Origin: Candidatus Saccharimonadota bacterium
GTDB lineage: Bacteria > Patescibacteriota > Saccharimonadia > Saccharimonadales > Saccharimonadaceae
Assembly: GCA_017531585.1 (NCBI GenBank)
Contig: JAFXKT010000002.1
Span: forward strand, 70,203-134,202
Reading direction: 5' to 3'
DNA: 64,000 bases
Shown: one piece after another, positions 29,301 to 36,542 of the stretch
Layout: every line of letters starts with the position of its first letter
Numbering within the stretch: position 1 is the stretch's first letter
Notes under the pieces: generated by a model
The model's database searches: none
Told to the model about the DNA's origin: nothing
What the model saw: the letters and a program-made list of their open reading frames with translations, nothing else
Program-made: the position numbers and the translations under genes

Positions 29301-32175
29301 TAGTGGTCAAGTCGTCTATGATGATGAAGAAGAAATCGAGAATCTTGTAGAGACTACCGAAGATGTAAATCTCTATGCAAAATGGGAAGCACGAACGGAT
29401 ATTCCTTATCTCGTTATTCATCACTACGAAAAGCTGATAGAGGGCTACGACGATGTAGAAGATCCTCGCGAAGATGGTAGGGTAGACCAAGATGTTCAGC
29501 TCCCAATACAGCACGTTGATGGCTTTGTGGATCCTGCTATTCGCACGGTTCCGATTGCTGCTGATGGCACAACAGTCGAACATTATTACTATCTCCGTGA
29601 ACGAGTAGGCTTTACGCTAAATGATCCAGATAACCATGTAACAACCGAAACTGGTACTGGTGAATATAAGTATGGCGCAACTATTTCCTTGGTTGCCGAG
29701 GATGTTCCGGGCTACGGCTTTACGGGCTGGTCCGACGGCCAAAGTATCGTCTCGACTAATGCAAGCTACAGCTTTGAAATTACTACGGACGTTACCTTGA
29801 CGCCATCCTATGTGGCAAACACCTACAATGTAATCTTTAACGCTAACGGCGGTATTGGTTCGATGGATGCTCAGGCATTTACGTATGATGCACAAGCTAC
29901 GGCTCTAACTGCAAATACCTTCACGCGCGCAGGCTATATCTTTGCCGGTTGGGCGACAAATCCAAATGGTGAGATTGTCTATAGAGATGAGCAGCAGGTT
30001 CAAAACCTAACTACGACTACTGACGACTTTAATCTTTATGCTAAGTGGGCTTTGCGTACGGATATTAAATATACAGTTCATCACCGCTACGAAAATGTTG
30101 GGTCTGGCTTTACTGAAGTTAATACGACAGAGTATGGCTCGGTGGATACAGATATTACTCCTCCAACTGCGCCAGAAGCTGGCTTCGGTGATCCTGTTGC
30201 GGATGCCTCTACTCCAGTGCCTACCCACATTTCGGCTAACGGAACTTCGGAGGTAATCTATAACTACTATCGCCTCTATAAGAACCTTACGATAGTTGAT
30301 GGTGCGGATGTATCGGGAGCTACGTCGGGCAGTTATAAATACGGTACGCAATTTGAGCTAACTGCTGCTAATCGTCAAGGATACGAGTTTGCCGGCTGGA
30401 CTATAGATGGCGGCGAAAGTATTATTTCTACAAACAAAACCTACGGCTTCGTATTGACGGACAACGTTACGATTCAACCTGTATATGACGAGGCGCAGTT
30501 CTATGACGTCTTTAGGCATGACGGTGCTTGTGTGTTTGACGGTAATGGCAATGTGACCGGTGATGACTGTGGCGATAATCCTGGCTATATCAATACGAAC
30601 GTTAAGCTCTATGATGCGGCGAACTATGAAGGCGACTACGAAATTGGTTTTACGATTGATGCTCTCGGCAGTACTCAAGTCAATCAGGCGACCATTGTAA
30701 ACTCGAAGCTCGAGAGTAACTCTGCTAACTATCCTGGTGTTGCGGCAAGAAAGGTTAGTAATGGAAACGATATCGAGATTACGCAGAGGATAAATGGTGG
30801 AAATCCTGGCGGAAGCCCTACGAACAAAACTGCATGGGCTGCTCCTAAGACAATCAAGATTATTCGCTATAAGAATGTTGTTTATACTCAGGTAGGCAAT
30901 GAAACGCCAAAGAGGCTTCAGTCAATGGCTGGGACGAGCAATTATCATGACATTCCGGTTTGGTTTGGTGCGACTTATGTTCCTCCGAGCGGAGGCAATG
31001 AGGGGTATGCGGATCGTCTCTTTAACGGAACCCTCTCTCATATGTATATTAAACAGGGTGAATATGACGGCGCAACGGTAACAATGACCTTTGACATGAA
31101 CGGCGATACTGGTACCGCGCCTGATCCTATTTCGGTGCTGAGCGGCACGGCGATTGCTACTCTACCCGATGAAGTAGATAGTGGTAGTGATCAGGTCTTC
31201 ATGGGTTGGTATAGGGATAAGGACATCTGGCTTGATCGTGTAACTAAGAATGATGCCTTGACGCAAGACGTTACGGTCTATGCGCGCTGGGCTAGCTCGG
31301 CAGATGTCTGTTTGGTTAAAGATGTGGTTGGGCAAAATGATGAGATTAGCGATGTAACAAAAACCAAGCTTAAAGATTGTGTTGATATCATTAATAATAA
31401 TGCGGACATGCCTTCTGGTGAGATTGTAATTCTACACGACATTAATCCGGCGACGGAAGCTGGAGGAAATAACGATATACGTATTAGTTCTGGTAAAGAC
31501 ATTACTATAACCGGTGACGGATACAGACTAACAGCAAACTCGTCTCAGCCAATCTTTAGAAACGATAGAGGTGGTACCTTGCGGCTTGACAATATAAAAA
31601 TGAATACTAAGGCAGGTCAAGCTATAGTTAATAATGAGGCTTATAACGGAATAAGTTCTAACCTTTATGTAAATAGCTGCGAGTTTAACGTCGGAGACAA
31701 TAGCTCGAAGGGTACTGTCAAGCAGGCAATCTATAACGTGGGTAGCGCCGTGGAGATTACAGGCAATACCGTGATTGAGAGTTATTCAACTATAAGGGCG
31801 GCCATAACTAGCGATGGCGGTTCAGTGCACATTAAAAGCGCGACAGTTACTGCGCATAATATATCGACTATAGTTGTTTCGAATAATGCTTCTATAACTA
31901 TCGGTGTCGATGACGGCACGGTTAGGAACGATAGTCCGATCATAATTTCAGATAAGAACTATGCGGTTTCTGGTAGAGTAGGAATAAACTTCTATGATGG
32001 AACGCTGATTGCTAAAGGTAGCAATAGTAACCATTCACCTCTCGATAATGGGTCTACTACGACTGCGACTGTTGCGGATTATCCTGCTGGTACTGTCCCG
32101 ATGACGACCCCATGGACAACGGATTACGACAATACCTACTACTGGCTGTATTATGGCACCAGTAGTGGGCCGTAA
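26389..32175 (+). CDS. Giant secreted/surface protein with Listeria-Bacteroides (Flg_new) repeats, MucBP-like modules, a LamG/ConA-like lectin region and a C-terminal beta-helix-like region
   Basis: 1928 aa with a GTG start. Signal peptide MRDNIKKFLGLFLCTVLALGGFSNVFA. Nine copies of Y.V.F.ANGG.GSM..Q.F.Y......L..N.F.R.GY.FAGWA.......Y.D...V.NL.....DLYAKW. Three TDI.Y.V.H.Y modules. FNGTLSHMYIKQG lectin-like segment. The C-terminal ITITGDGYRLTAN.../NNEAYNG... region has beta-helix character. There is no C-terminal LPXTG. Confidence 0.85.
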   Translation: MRDNIKKFLGLFLCTVLALGGFSNVFASSNVLHISSVEITSKSAGVEAETPSIENDHVQGDVVFNAQGDHIEYLFAIENTDDYAYRIDSITDNNSTEKLAITYSHGEKIEAKSTVSFTMLMEYSEQLVNQEKLDLSDLQIKIRFTRIGGSEDEEKEEDIDVNPDTESSSVTNVVANGALASSAVILVIVFALHGTLPKQLRYAGIGTALLLAGSAISLNIASAAQSEEIDVWFSNIELVGIFENYTVTIDTGNGPVEHHYDYGTPLSEILSRPSKTGYHFDKWVDGDGNTIDENGTITGPIDIVAVMEANKYHVVFDANGGTGSMDSQEFTYDEAAKKLSKNTFERPGYNFAGWATTAIGRAKAYDDEEEVRNLVDTTEDVNLYATWTKLTDIAYTVKHRYADLTGGYDEVEREEAGPVDEDVYPPVLERDGFNDPATIAPIRINPDGSTVVVLEYSRKSYAFAYGDSEYIDTNESTSAGDYAFETPITAKAKNRDGYQFTGWSDGSNIVSTNNPYTFDLPLDGITLTPTYEANTYHVAFHANGGTGDMAKQEFTFDDESKALSKNLFERPGYSFAGWATSADDEVVYADKAEVRNLTDGTEDVDLYAKWTANTYSVVFHANEGTGSMDDQTFAYDEAPKALAKNTFERVGYSFAGWAKTAAGEVEYTDEQEVQNLIQTAGTVDLYAKWTANTYYAHFHANGGDGSMDDQSFTYGEAAKALAANTFTRAGYSFAGWATTAGGEVEYADGASVQNLTSDIDLYAKWTANTYRVIFHSNDGNDSTESQEFVFDEAAKALRANSFSREGYSFAGWAESASGEVVYTDEAQVQNLTTTTNDVDLYAKWTANTYYVTFHANNGAGSMENQPFTYGEAAKALMANAFTCTGYSFAGWAESDSGEVVYADEAQVQNLTSDIDLYAKWVANTYTVVFHSNEGSGLTESQEFTYDEGPKALRKNTFTYAGYSFAGWAESASGQVVYDDEEEIENLVETTEDVNLYAKWEARTDIPYLVIHHYEKLIEGYDDVEDPREDGRVDQDVQLPIQHVDGFVDPAIRTVPIAADGTTVEHYYYLRERVGFTLNDPDNHVTTETGTGEYKYGATISLVAEDVPGYGFTGWSDGQSIVSTNASYSFEITTDVTLTPSYVANTYNVIFNANGGIGSMDAQAFTYDAQATALTANTFTRAGYIFAGWATNPNGEIVYRDEQQVQNLTTTTDDFNLYAKWALRTDIKYTVHHRYENVGSGFTEVNTTEYGSVDTDITPPTAPEAGFGDPVADASTPVPTHISANGTSEVIYNYYRLYKNLTIVDGADVSGATSGSYKYGTQFELTAANRQGYEFAGWTIDGGESIISTNKTYGFVLTDNVTIQPVYDEAQFYDVFRHDGACVFDGNGNVTGDDCGDNPGYINTNVKLYDAANYEGDYEIGFTIDALGSTQVNQATIVNSKLESNSANYPGVAARKVSNGNDIEITQRINGGNPGGSPTNKTAWAAPKTIKIIRYKNVVYTQVGNETPKRLQSMAGTSNYHDIPVWFGATYVPPSGGNEGYADRLFNGTLSHMYIKQGEYDGATVTMTFDMNGDTGTAPDPISVLSGTAIATLPDEVDSGSDQVFMGWYRDKDIWLDRVTKNDALTQDVTVYARWASSADVCLVKDVVGQNDEISDVTKTKLKDCVDIINNNADMPSGEIVILHDINPATEAGGNNDIRISSGKDITITGDGYRLTANSSQPIFRNDRGGTLRLDNIKMNTKAGQAIVNNEAYNGISSNLYVNSCEFNVGDNSSKGTVKQAIYNVGSAVEITGNTVIESYSTIRAAITSDGGSVHIKSATVTAHNISTIVVSNNASITIGVDDGTVRNDSPIIISDKNYAVSGRVGINFYDGTLIAKGSNSNHSPLDNGSTTTATVADYPAGTVPMTTPWTTDYDNTYYWLYYGTSSGP
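27988..29395 (+). repeat. Six consecutive Flg_new (Listeria-Bacteroides) repeats of 228-237 nt
   Basis: Repeat starts (AATACnTAT...) at about 27988, 28225, 28462, 28690, 28926 and 29154. Isolated extra copies at about 27304, 29815 and 31078. Sub-blocks reach about 91% nucleotide identity (28804-28884 vs 29041-29121, 7 mismatches in 81). Confidence 0.85.
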
Positions 32176-32193
32176 GGTCCGAGAGTATAACCC

Positions 32194-32222
32194 TTGCAAC
32201 TCTTCTCAAACTGTGGTAGAAT
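32194..32222 (+). promoter_or_regulatory. Near-consensus promoter of rpsO
   Basis: TTGCAA (32194-32199), 17-nt spacer, TGgTAGAAT (32214-32222). The ATG at 32233 is only 10 nt downstream with no SD. The TTG start in the ORF track is the -35 box itself. Confidence 0.65.
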
Positions 32223-32232
32223 TAGTTGTAAT

Positions 32233-32499
32233 ATGATTACTAAAGATAACAAAGCTAAGGCAATTGCGAAGCTTGCTCGCAGCGACAAAGATGTTGGCTC
32301 CCCTGAAGTACAGGTTTCAGTTCTAACTGAACGTATCAAGGAAGTCACTGAGCATGTCAAGGCTAACAAGCATGATTACATGGCAAAGCGCGGCCTAATT
32401 CAGATGGTTGGTAAGCGCAAAAAGTTGCTAAAGCACCTAGAACAGAGCGACTTCGAGAGCTACAAAGCAACTGTCGCAAAGCTTGGTCTTCGCAAATAA
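32233..32499 (+). CDS. rpsO: 30S ribosomal protein S15
   Basis: MITKDNKAKAIAKLARSDKDVGSPEVQVSVLTERIKEVTEHVKANKHDYMAKRGL..MVGKRKKLLKHL, 88 aa, canonical S15. Confidence 0.9.
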   Translation: MITKDNKAKAIAKLARSDKDVGSPEVQVSVLTERIKEVTEHVKANKHDYMAKRGLIQMVGKRKKLLKHLEQSDFESYKATVAKLGLRK

Positions 32500-32504
32500 C
32501 AAAA

Positions 32505-32532
32505 AATTACGTCTTCAAGGCGTAATTTTTTT
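32505..32532 (+). terminator. Intrinsic terminator of rpsO
   Basis: AATTACG...CGTAATT hairpin followed by TTTTTTA. Confidence 0.75.
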
Positions 32533-32551
32533 ATCTCAAAATTAAAACCAT

Positions 32552-32582
32552 AAAAAATCCCGGTCACTCTGCGGTGGCCGGG
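32552..32582 (-). terminator. Intrinsic terminator of the minus-strand 189-aa gene
   Basis: Minus strand CCCGGCCAC-CGCAGA-GTGACCGGG followed by ATTTTTTAT. Confidence 0.75.
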
Positions 32583-32591
32583 CGTGGCAAT

Positions 32592-33161
32592 TTACGAAGT
32601 TGCTAATGCTTCACTGAGCAGCATAGAGATCTCGTCCATCTTTCTTGCCGGTGTAAAACTACGTATGTCTGCCTGTTCGTAGTTCTCGACGAAAAGCTGG
32701 ATGATCTTCTTGTAGCAGTAGGAAAAAGCTCTCTCTCCGTCACCTTTCTCGATAGCACGTGAATCTGTACCGAGGAAAACATAAACCTGTCCGTCCTCTT
32801 TGCGCTTCAGGATAGAAAGGCAACAAGCTTTGTTGACTGCTTTCTTGATGGCCATGAAATGCTCCTCGATGAAGTCATCGATGCTGCCGTTGAAGCCGGG
32901 CATGTAGAGCTGGGCCATGGTGGGCTTATCTTCGGGGCTGAGGGTGTAGGTGAAGGGAAGAATGGTTGCTGTGACAATGTTCTTGCTTTTGATCTCAGCG
33001 ATCGAGATGCTGAAACCGTCATGCTTGATTTTGTCCCAAGCTGCCTGAATCTCTTCTGGGGTCTTTGCTCTGAAGATGAGCTTGCTTCTGCTCACGGAAA
33101 CAGTGGTTGTCTCGCGGTTCTTTTTGGAGGAACCTGACTCTGTGGTATCCATATTTGCCAT
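32592..33161 (-). CDS. Hypothetical protein inserted antisense between rpsO and pnp
   Basis: The ORF track gives 223 aa from 33263. I prefer ATG 33161 (MANMDTTESG..., 189 aa), preceded by SD AAAGGGG. No family recognised. Confidence 0.55.
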   Translation of the reverse strand: MANMDTTESGSSKKNRETTTVSVSRSKLIFRAKTPEEIQAAWDKIKHDGFSISIAEIKSKNIVTATILPFTYTLSPEDKPTMAQLYMPGFNGSIDDFIEEHFMAIKKAVNKACCLSILKRKEDGQVYVFLGTDSRAIEKGDGERAFSYCYKKIIQLFVENYEQADIRSFTPARKMDEISMLLSEALATS

Positions 33162-33343
33162 TGTAGATACCCCTTTCTTTATAAAGTACAACTTTCTCAT
33201 CTCTCCAATCGGAAACAAAAAAGAAGTCCAATAATATTTTAACATAATAATAGTAAAAGTCAAAGCAGTTATATCATCCTAGCTAATCTATGCGTTTGAG
33301 AGGACAATTAAAGTAGCTACAACTTCCGAACGAAGCGCCACCG

Positions 33344-33352
33344 TGGTATAAT
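33344..33352 (+). promoter_or_regulatory. Extended -10 promoter (TGGTATAAT) of pnp
   Basis: TGgTATAAT. It predicts a leader of about 90 nt containing a 15-bp helix (33370-33384 pairing with 33417-33431). Confidence 0.55.
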
Positions 33353-33447
33353 AAAGATAGTAAATAATATCGAGAAAATGATAGATATTTACCGCTTTAA
33401 GCAAGGCGCTAGATACTTATTATTTTCTCGAAGAAAGGTAGTTTTTG

Positions 33448-35634
33448 ATGGAAATCATTAATCCAAGCGGCAAGAAAACTCTGAAGCTTGAGACTGATTT
33501 TTGTGGTCGCAAACTTGGCCTCGAAGTTAACCGCGTTGGCTTCCGTACCACTTCTTCAGTTCTCGTTACCTACGGCGATACTGTCGTTCTCGGCTCGGTC
33601 GTTGTCGGCAATAAGCCAATCATGCAGGATTTCTTCCCGCTAACAATTGAATACCAGGAACGCTACTATGCTTCTGGTAAGATTTCTAGTAGTAAGTTTA
33701 TTAAGCGCGAAGGCAAACCTTCTGAAGAGGCTGTTTTGGTTGCTCGTCTTATCGATCGCCCAATTCGCCCACTATTTCCAAAGGGTTATCGTCAGGAAAT
33801 TCAGGTCGTATCGACCGTGCTTTCTATGGACCCAAACTTCCGCCCAGATGTAATTGCTATGATTGCGGCATCTAGTGCACTGATGCTTGCTGGTGTTCCA
33901 TTTGATGGTCCGATTGCTGGTCTCCGCATTGGTCGCGTAAATGGCGAATATAAGGCATTCTTAAGTCCAGAAGAGCGTGAAGCTTCTGACCTTGATCTTG
34001 TTGTAGCAGGTAAGGACTCTGGTATTACGATGGTCGAGGCTGGTGCTAATGAGGTTCCAGAAGACGTCATCATTGATGGCATGGCATGGGGCCTAGAGCA
34101 GCTACAGTCTGCTATTAAGCTCCAGAACGAGCTACGCGAAAAGGTTGGTGTTGTTGAGCAAGAATATACCCTTATGCTTCCTAGTGAAGAAGTCAAGAAT
34201 CAGGTTGATGCTTGGATGGTCGGTAAGCTCGATGAGAAATTCCGCATCAGTAACACTGTTGAGCGCAACCAGCTTATCTCTGATCTAAAGTATGCTATGC
34301 ATGATGAATTCTGCCAGAAGATTGTTTCTGACGAAGAAGCCGGCGTTACGGACAAGATGAGCGACGAAGAAAAGATGACCGTCCGCACGAAGTATTATGA
34401 TGAACACTTCCGTGATGAATATGGTGAAGCTTTTGAGCTAGCCGTTAAGCGCGATGTTCGCAAGAATATTATCGAGAAGGGTGTCCGTCCGGATGGTCGT
34501 AAGCTTGACGAGGTTCGCCCACTAAGCTCACAGGTTGGCATTTTGCCACGCGTTCATGGCTCCAGCTTGTTTACTCGTGGTGTAACTCAGGCTCTAAACG
34601 CTGTTACTTTGGCACCACTCAGCTATGCTCAGCTAGTTGATACTATGGAGACTACTGACGGCTCTCGCCGTTATATGCATCACTATAACGCCCCTGGCTA
34701 TACTGTCGGTGAATGTTCTCGCATGGGTAGCCCAGGTCGTCGCGAGATTGGCCATGGCTACTTGGCAGAGCGCGCGCTTCTTCCAGTTCTTCCTAGTGAA
34801 GAAGAGTTCCCATATGCAATCCGTAGCGTAACTGACATTATGTCTCAGAACGGTTCTACTTCTATGGCTGCAACTTGTAGCTCTTGTCTGGCTCTTATGG
34901 ATGCAGGCGTTCCACTCAAACGCCCAGTCTCTGGTGTTGCCATGGGTCTTATGATGGATGGCGATAAGCCATACGTCTTAACTGATCTTATGGATGCGGA
35001 AGATTTTGCTGGTGATATGGACTTCAAGGTTACTGGTACTACTGAAGGTGTCACTGCAATGCAAATGGACATGAAGGTTCATGGTCTTCCTATCTCTGTC
35101 TTGTCTGAAGCTATCAAGAAGGCTCATGCTGGTCGTATGTTTATTCTTGAACATATGCTTAGTGTCTTGCCTGGTCCACGCGATCATCTCAGCCCATATG
35201 CTCCTCATATCGAGAAGCTCATGATTAATCCAGATAAGATTGGCCTAGTTATTGGTAAGGGCGGTGAAACGATCAACAAGATCACTACCGAGACTGGTGC
35301 AGAAATCAATATCGAAGAGAATGGTCTAATCACAATCGCATCTTCTGATGGCGAAAAGATCAAGAAGGCTCTTGATTGGATCAAAGGCCTCGTAGAAGAA
35401 CCAGAAGTTGGCAAAATCTACAACGGCAAAGTCGTTACCATTAAAGACTTTGGCGCATTTGTAAATATTATGCCAAATGTTGACGGTATGCTTCATATCT
35501 CCCAGATCTCCGAAAAGAGAATTGCGAAGGTCGAAGACGTATTGAAGCTTGGTCAAGAAATTAAGGTTCGCCTTGATTCTATTGACGAAAAAGGTCGTCT
35601 CAGCCTATCAATGCGCGGCGTAAAACAGGATTAA
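33448..35634 (+). CDS. pnp: Polyribonucleotide nucleotidyltransferase (PNPase)
   Basis: Two RNase PH domains plus KH (IGLVIGKGGETINKI) and S1 (GKIYNGKVVTIKDFGAFVNI). ATG 33448 is preferred over TTG 33445. Confidence 0.95.
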   Translation: MEIINPSGKKTLKLETDFCGRKLGLEVNRVGFRTTSSVLVTYGDTVVLGSVVVGNKPIMQDFFPLTIEYQERYYASGKISSSKFIKREGKPSEEAVLVARLIDRPIRPLFPKGYRQEIQVVSTVLSMDPNFRPDVIAMIAASSALMLAGVPFDGPIAGLRIGRVNGEYKAFLSPEEREASDLDLVVAGKDSGITMVEAGANEVPEDVIIDGMAWGLEQLQSAIKLQNELREKVGVVEQEYTLMLPSEEVKNQVDAWMVGKLDEKFRISNTVERNQLISDLKYAMHDEFCQKIVSDEEAGVTDKMSDEEKMTVRTKYYDEHFRDEYGEAFELAVKRDVRKNIIEKGVRPDGRKLDEVRPLSSQVGILPRVHGSSLFTRGVTQALNAVTLAPLSYAQLVDTMETTDGSRRYMHHYNAPGYTVGECSRMGSPGRREIGHGYLAERALLPVLPSEEEFPYAIRSVTDIMSQNGSTSMAATCSSCLALMDAGVPLKRPVSGVAMGLMMDGDKPYVLTDLMDAEDFAGDMDFKVTGTTEGVTAMQMDMKVHGLPISVLSEAIKKAHAGRMFILEHMLSVLPGPRDHLSPYAPHIEKLMINPDKIGLVIGKGGETINKITTETGAEINIEENGLITIASSDGEKIKKALDWIKGLVEEPEVGKIYNGKVVTIKDFGAFVNIMPNVDGMLHISQISEKRIAKVEDVLKLGQEIKVRLDSIDEKGRLSLSMRGVKQD

Positions 35635-35644
35635 TAATCCATGA

Positions 35645-35676
35645 AAAATCCACCAGATTATATGGTGGATTTTTTG
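35645..35676 (+). terminator. Intrinsic terminator of pnp
   Basis: AAAATCCACCA-GATTATAT-GGTGGATTTTTT. Confidence 0.85.
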
Positions 35677-35760
35677 TATTTCACGAAAAGCTTCTGCTAG
35701 ACATTATTTAAAAAAATGTTTATTATTAAATTGTAATATAATTTTTCTAAAAGGAGAAAA

Positions 35761-36462
35761 ATGATGGCGGAAGCCAACCATACTTCACAAGCACCTGTAG
35801 TGGAGCAGGTGAAAATGCCAAAAATGAAAGTTGACGGAAGCAAGATTGCTTATGTTAATGCATTTGCAACAGCAGGCGCAATTTTCTTTGGCGTAGCAGC
35901 AATCTTCAACGCAATCGCTGGTTTTACAAAGGGTAAATGGATTTTCGAAATTCCATTCGATGGCATCCTTGGTAGTTTCAGTAATAGTATGTACTCATAC
36001 TTCTTCATGGGTATCCTAACATTTGTGCTAGGTCTTGTAAGCTTCCTAACTGTAAGCAAGATTACAGATGCAGGCGCAATTACAAAGGCATGGAAGTGCA
36101 TCTTTAAGGTAAACCTAGTACTTCTAGTACTATTTGCTATCGATATGATTAGCATGATTCTTACCTCCCTCATCGGTATTGGTAAGACTTCTGGTGTTGT
36201 TCAGGGCACTCTATGGCTAAGCGGCTTCCTACCAACCGCAATCATGGCTCTAGTAGCTGGCGTTATCGCATTCGTTGCTAAGTCCATTGCAAGCGGCAAG
36301 ACTCAGCTTCTACGCATTATGACTCTAGTTGCTCTCGGTGTTGGCTCCGTTGCTATGATCATGGTCTTCATCAGCCAAATCGTTGGTATGTATGGCAAGA
36401 AGAGCAGCAGCTACAGCGATTATCTAGATGAAGTCGACGATTACCTTGATTGGCTAAAGTAG
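35761..36462 (+). CDS. Hypothetical polytopic membrane protein
   Basis: 233 aa with 5-6 TM segments, SD AAGGAG and a terminator downstream. Confidence 0.65.
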   Translation: MMAEANHTSQAPVVEQVKMPKMKVDGSKIAYVNAFATAGAIFFGVAAIFNAIAGFTKGKWIFEIPFDGILGSFSNSMYSYFFMGILTFVLGLVSFLTVSKITDAGAITKAWKCIFKVNLVLLVLFAIDMISMILTSLIGIGKTSGVVQGTLWLSGFLPTAIMALVAGVIAFVAKSIASGKTQLLRIMTLVALGVGSVAMIMVFISQIVGMYGKKSSSYSDYLDEVDDYLDWLK

Positions 36463-36484
36463 TTAACTAATATAAGGTTGCAGT

Positions 36485-36513
36485 AAAGACCTCTCCTCGG
36501 AGAGGTCTTTTTG
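36485..36513 (+). terminator. Intrinsic terminator
   Basis: AAAGACCTCTCC-TCG-GAGAGGTCTTTTT. Confidence 0.85.
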
Positions 36514-36527
36514 CTTATCTAAAAATA

Positions 36528-36536
36528 TGGTATAAT
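36528..36536 (+). promoter_or_regulatory. Extended -10 promoter (TGGTATAAT) 6 nt upstream of the ftsK ATG
   Basis: TGGTATAAT-ACCCTT-ATG with no SD. Confidence 0.6.
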
Positions 36537-36542
36537 ACCCTT

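Noticed and set aside
27300-30060. Regularly spaced direct repeats that could be mistaken for a CRISPR-like or satellite array
   Set aside because: The repeats are in-frame protein-domain repeats (Flg_new) inside one long ORF with 228-237-nt periodicity. There is no repeat-spacer structure and no cas genes.
32194-32232. TTG-initiated N-terminal extension of rpsO, and similar non-ATG extensions (PBP1A at GTG 51400, clpC at TTG 20079, pnp at TTG 33445, rnc at ATG 56187)
   Set aside because: The extensions fall inside promoter boxes: TTGCAA is the rpsO -35 and GTGTATAAT is the PBP -10. Alternatively they precede a better SD-ATG combination. The shorter proteins match the normal family N-termini.
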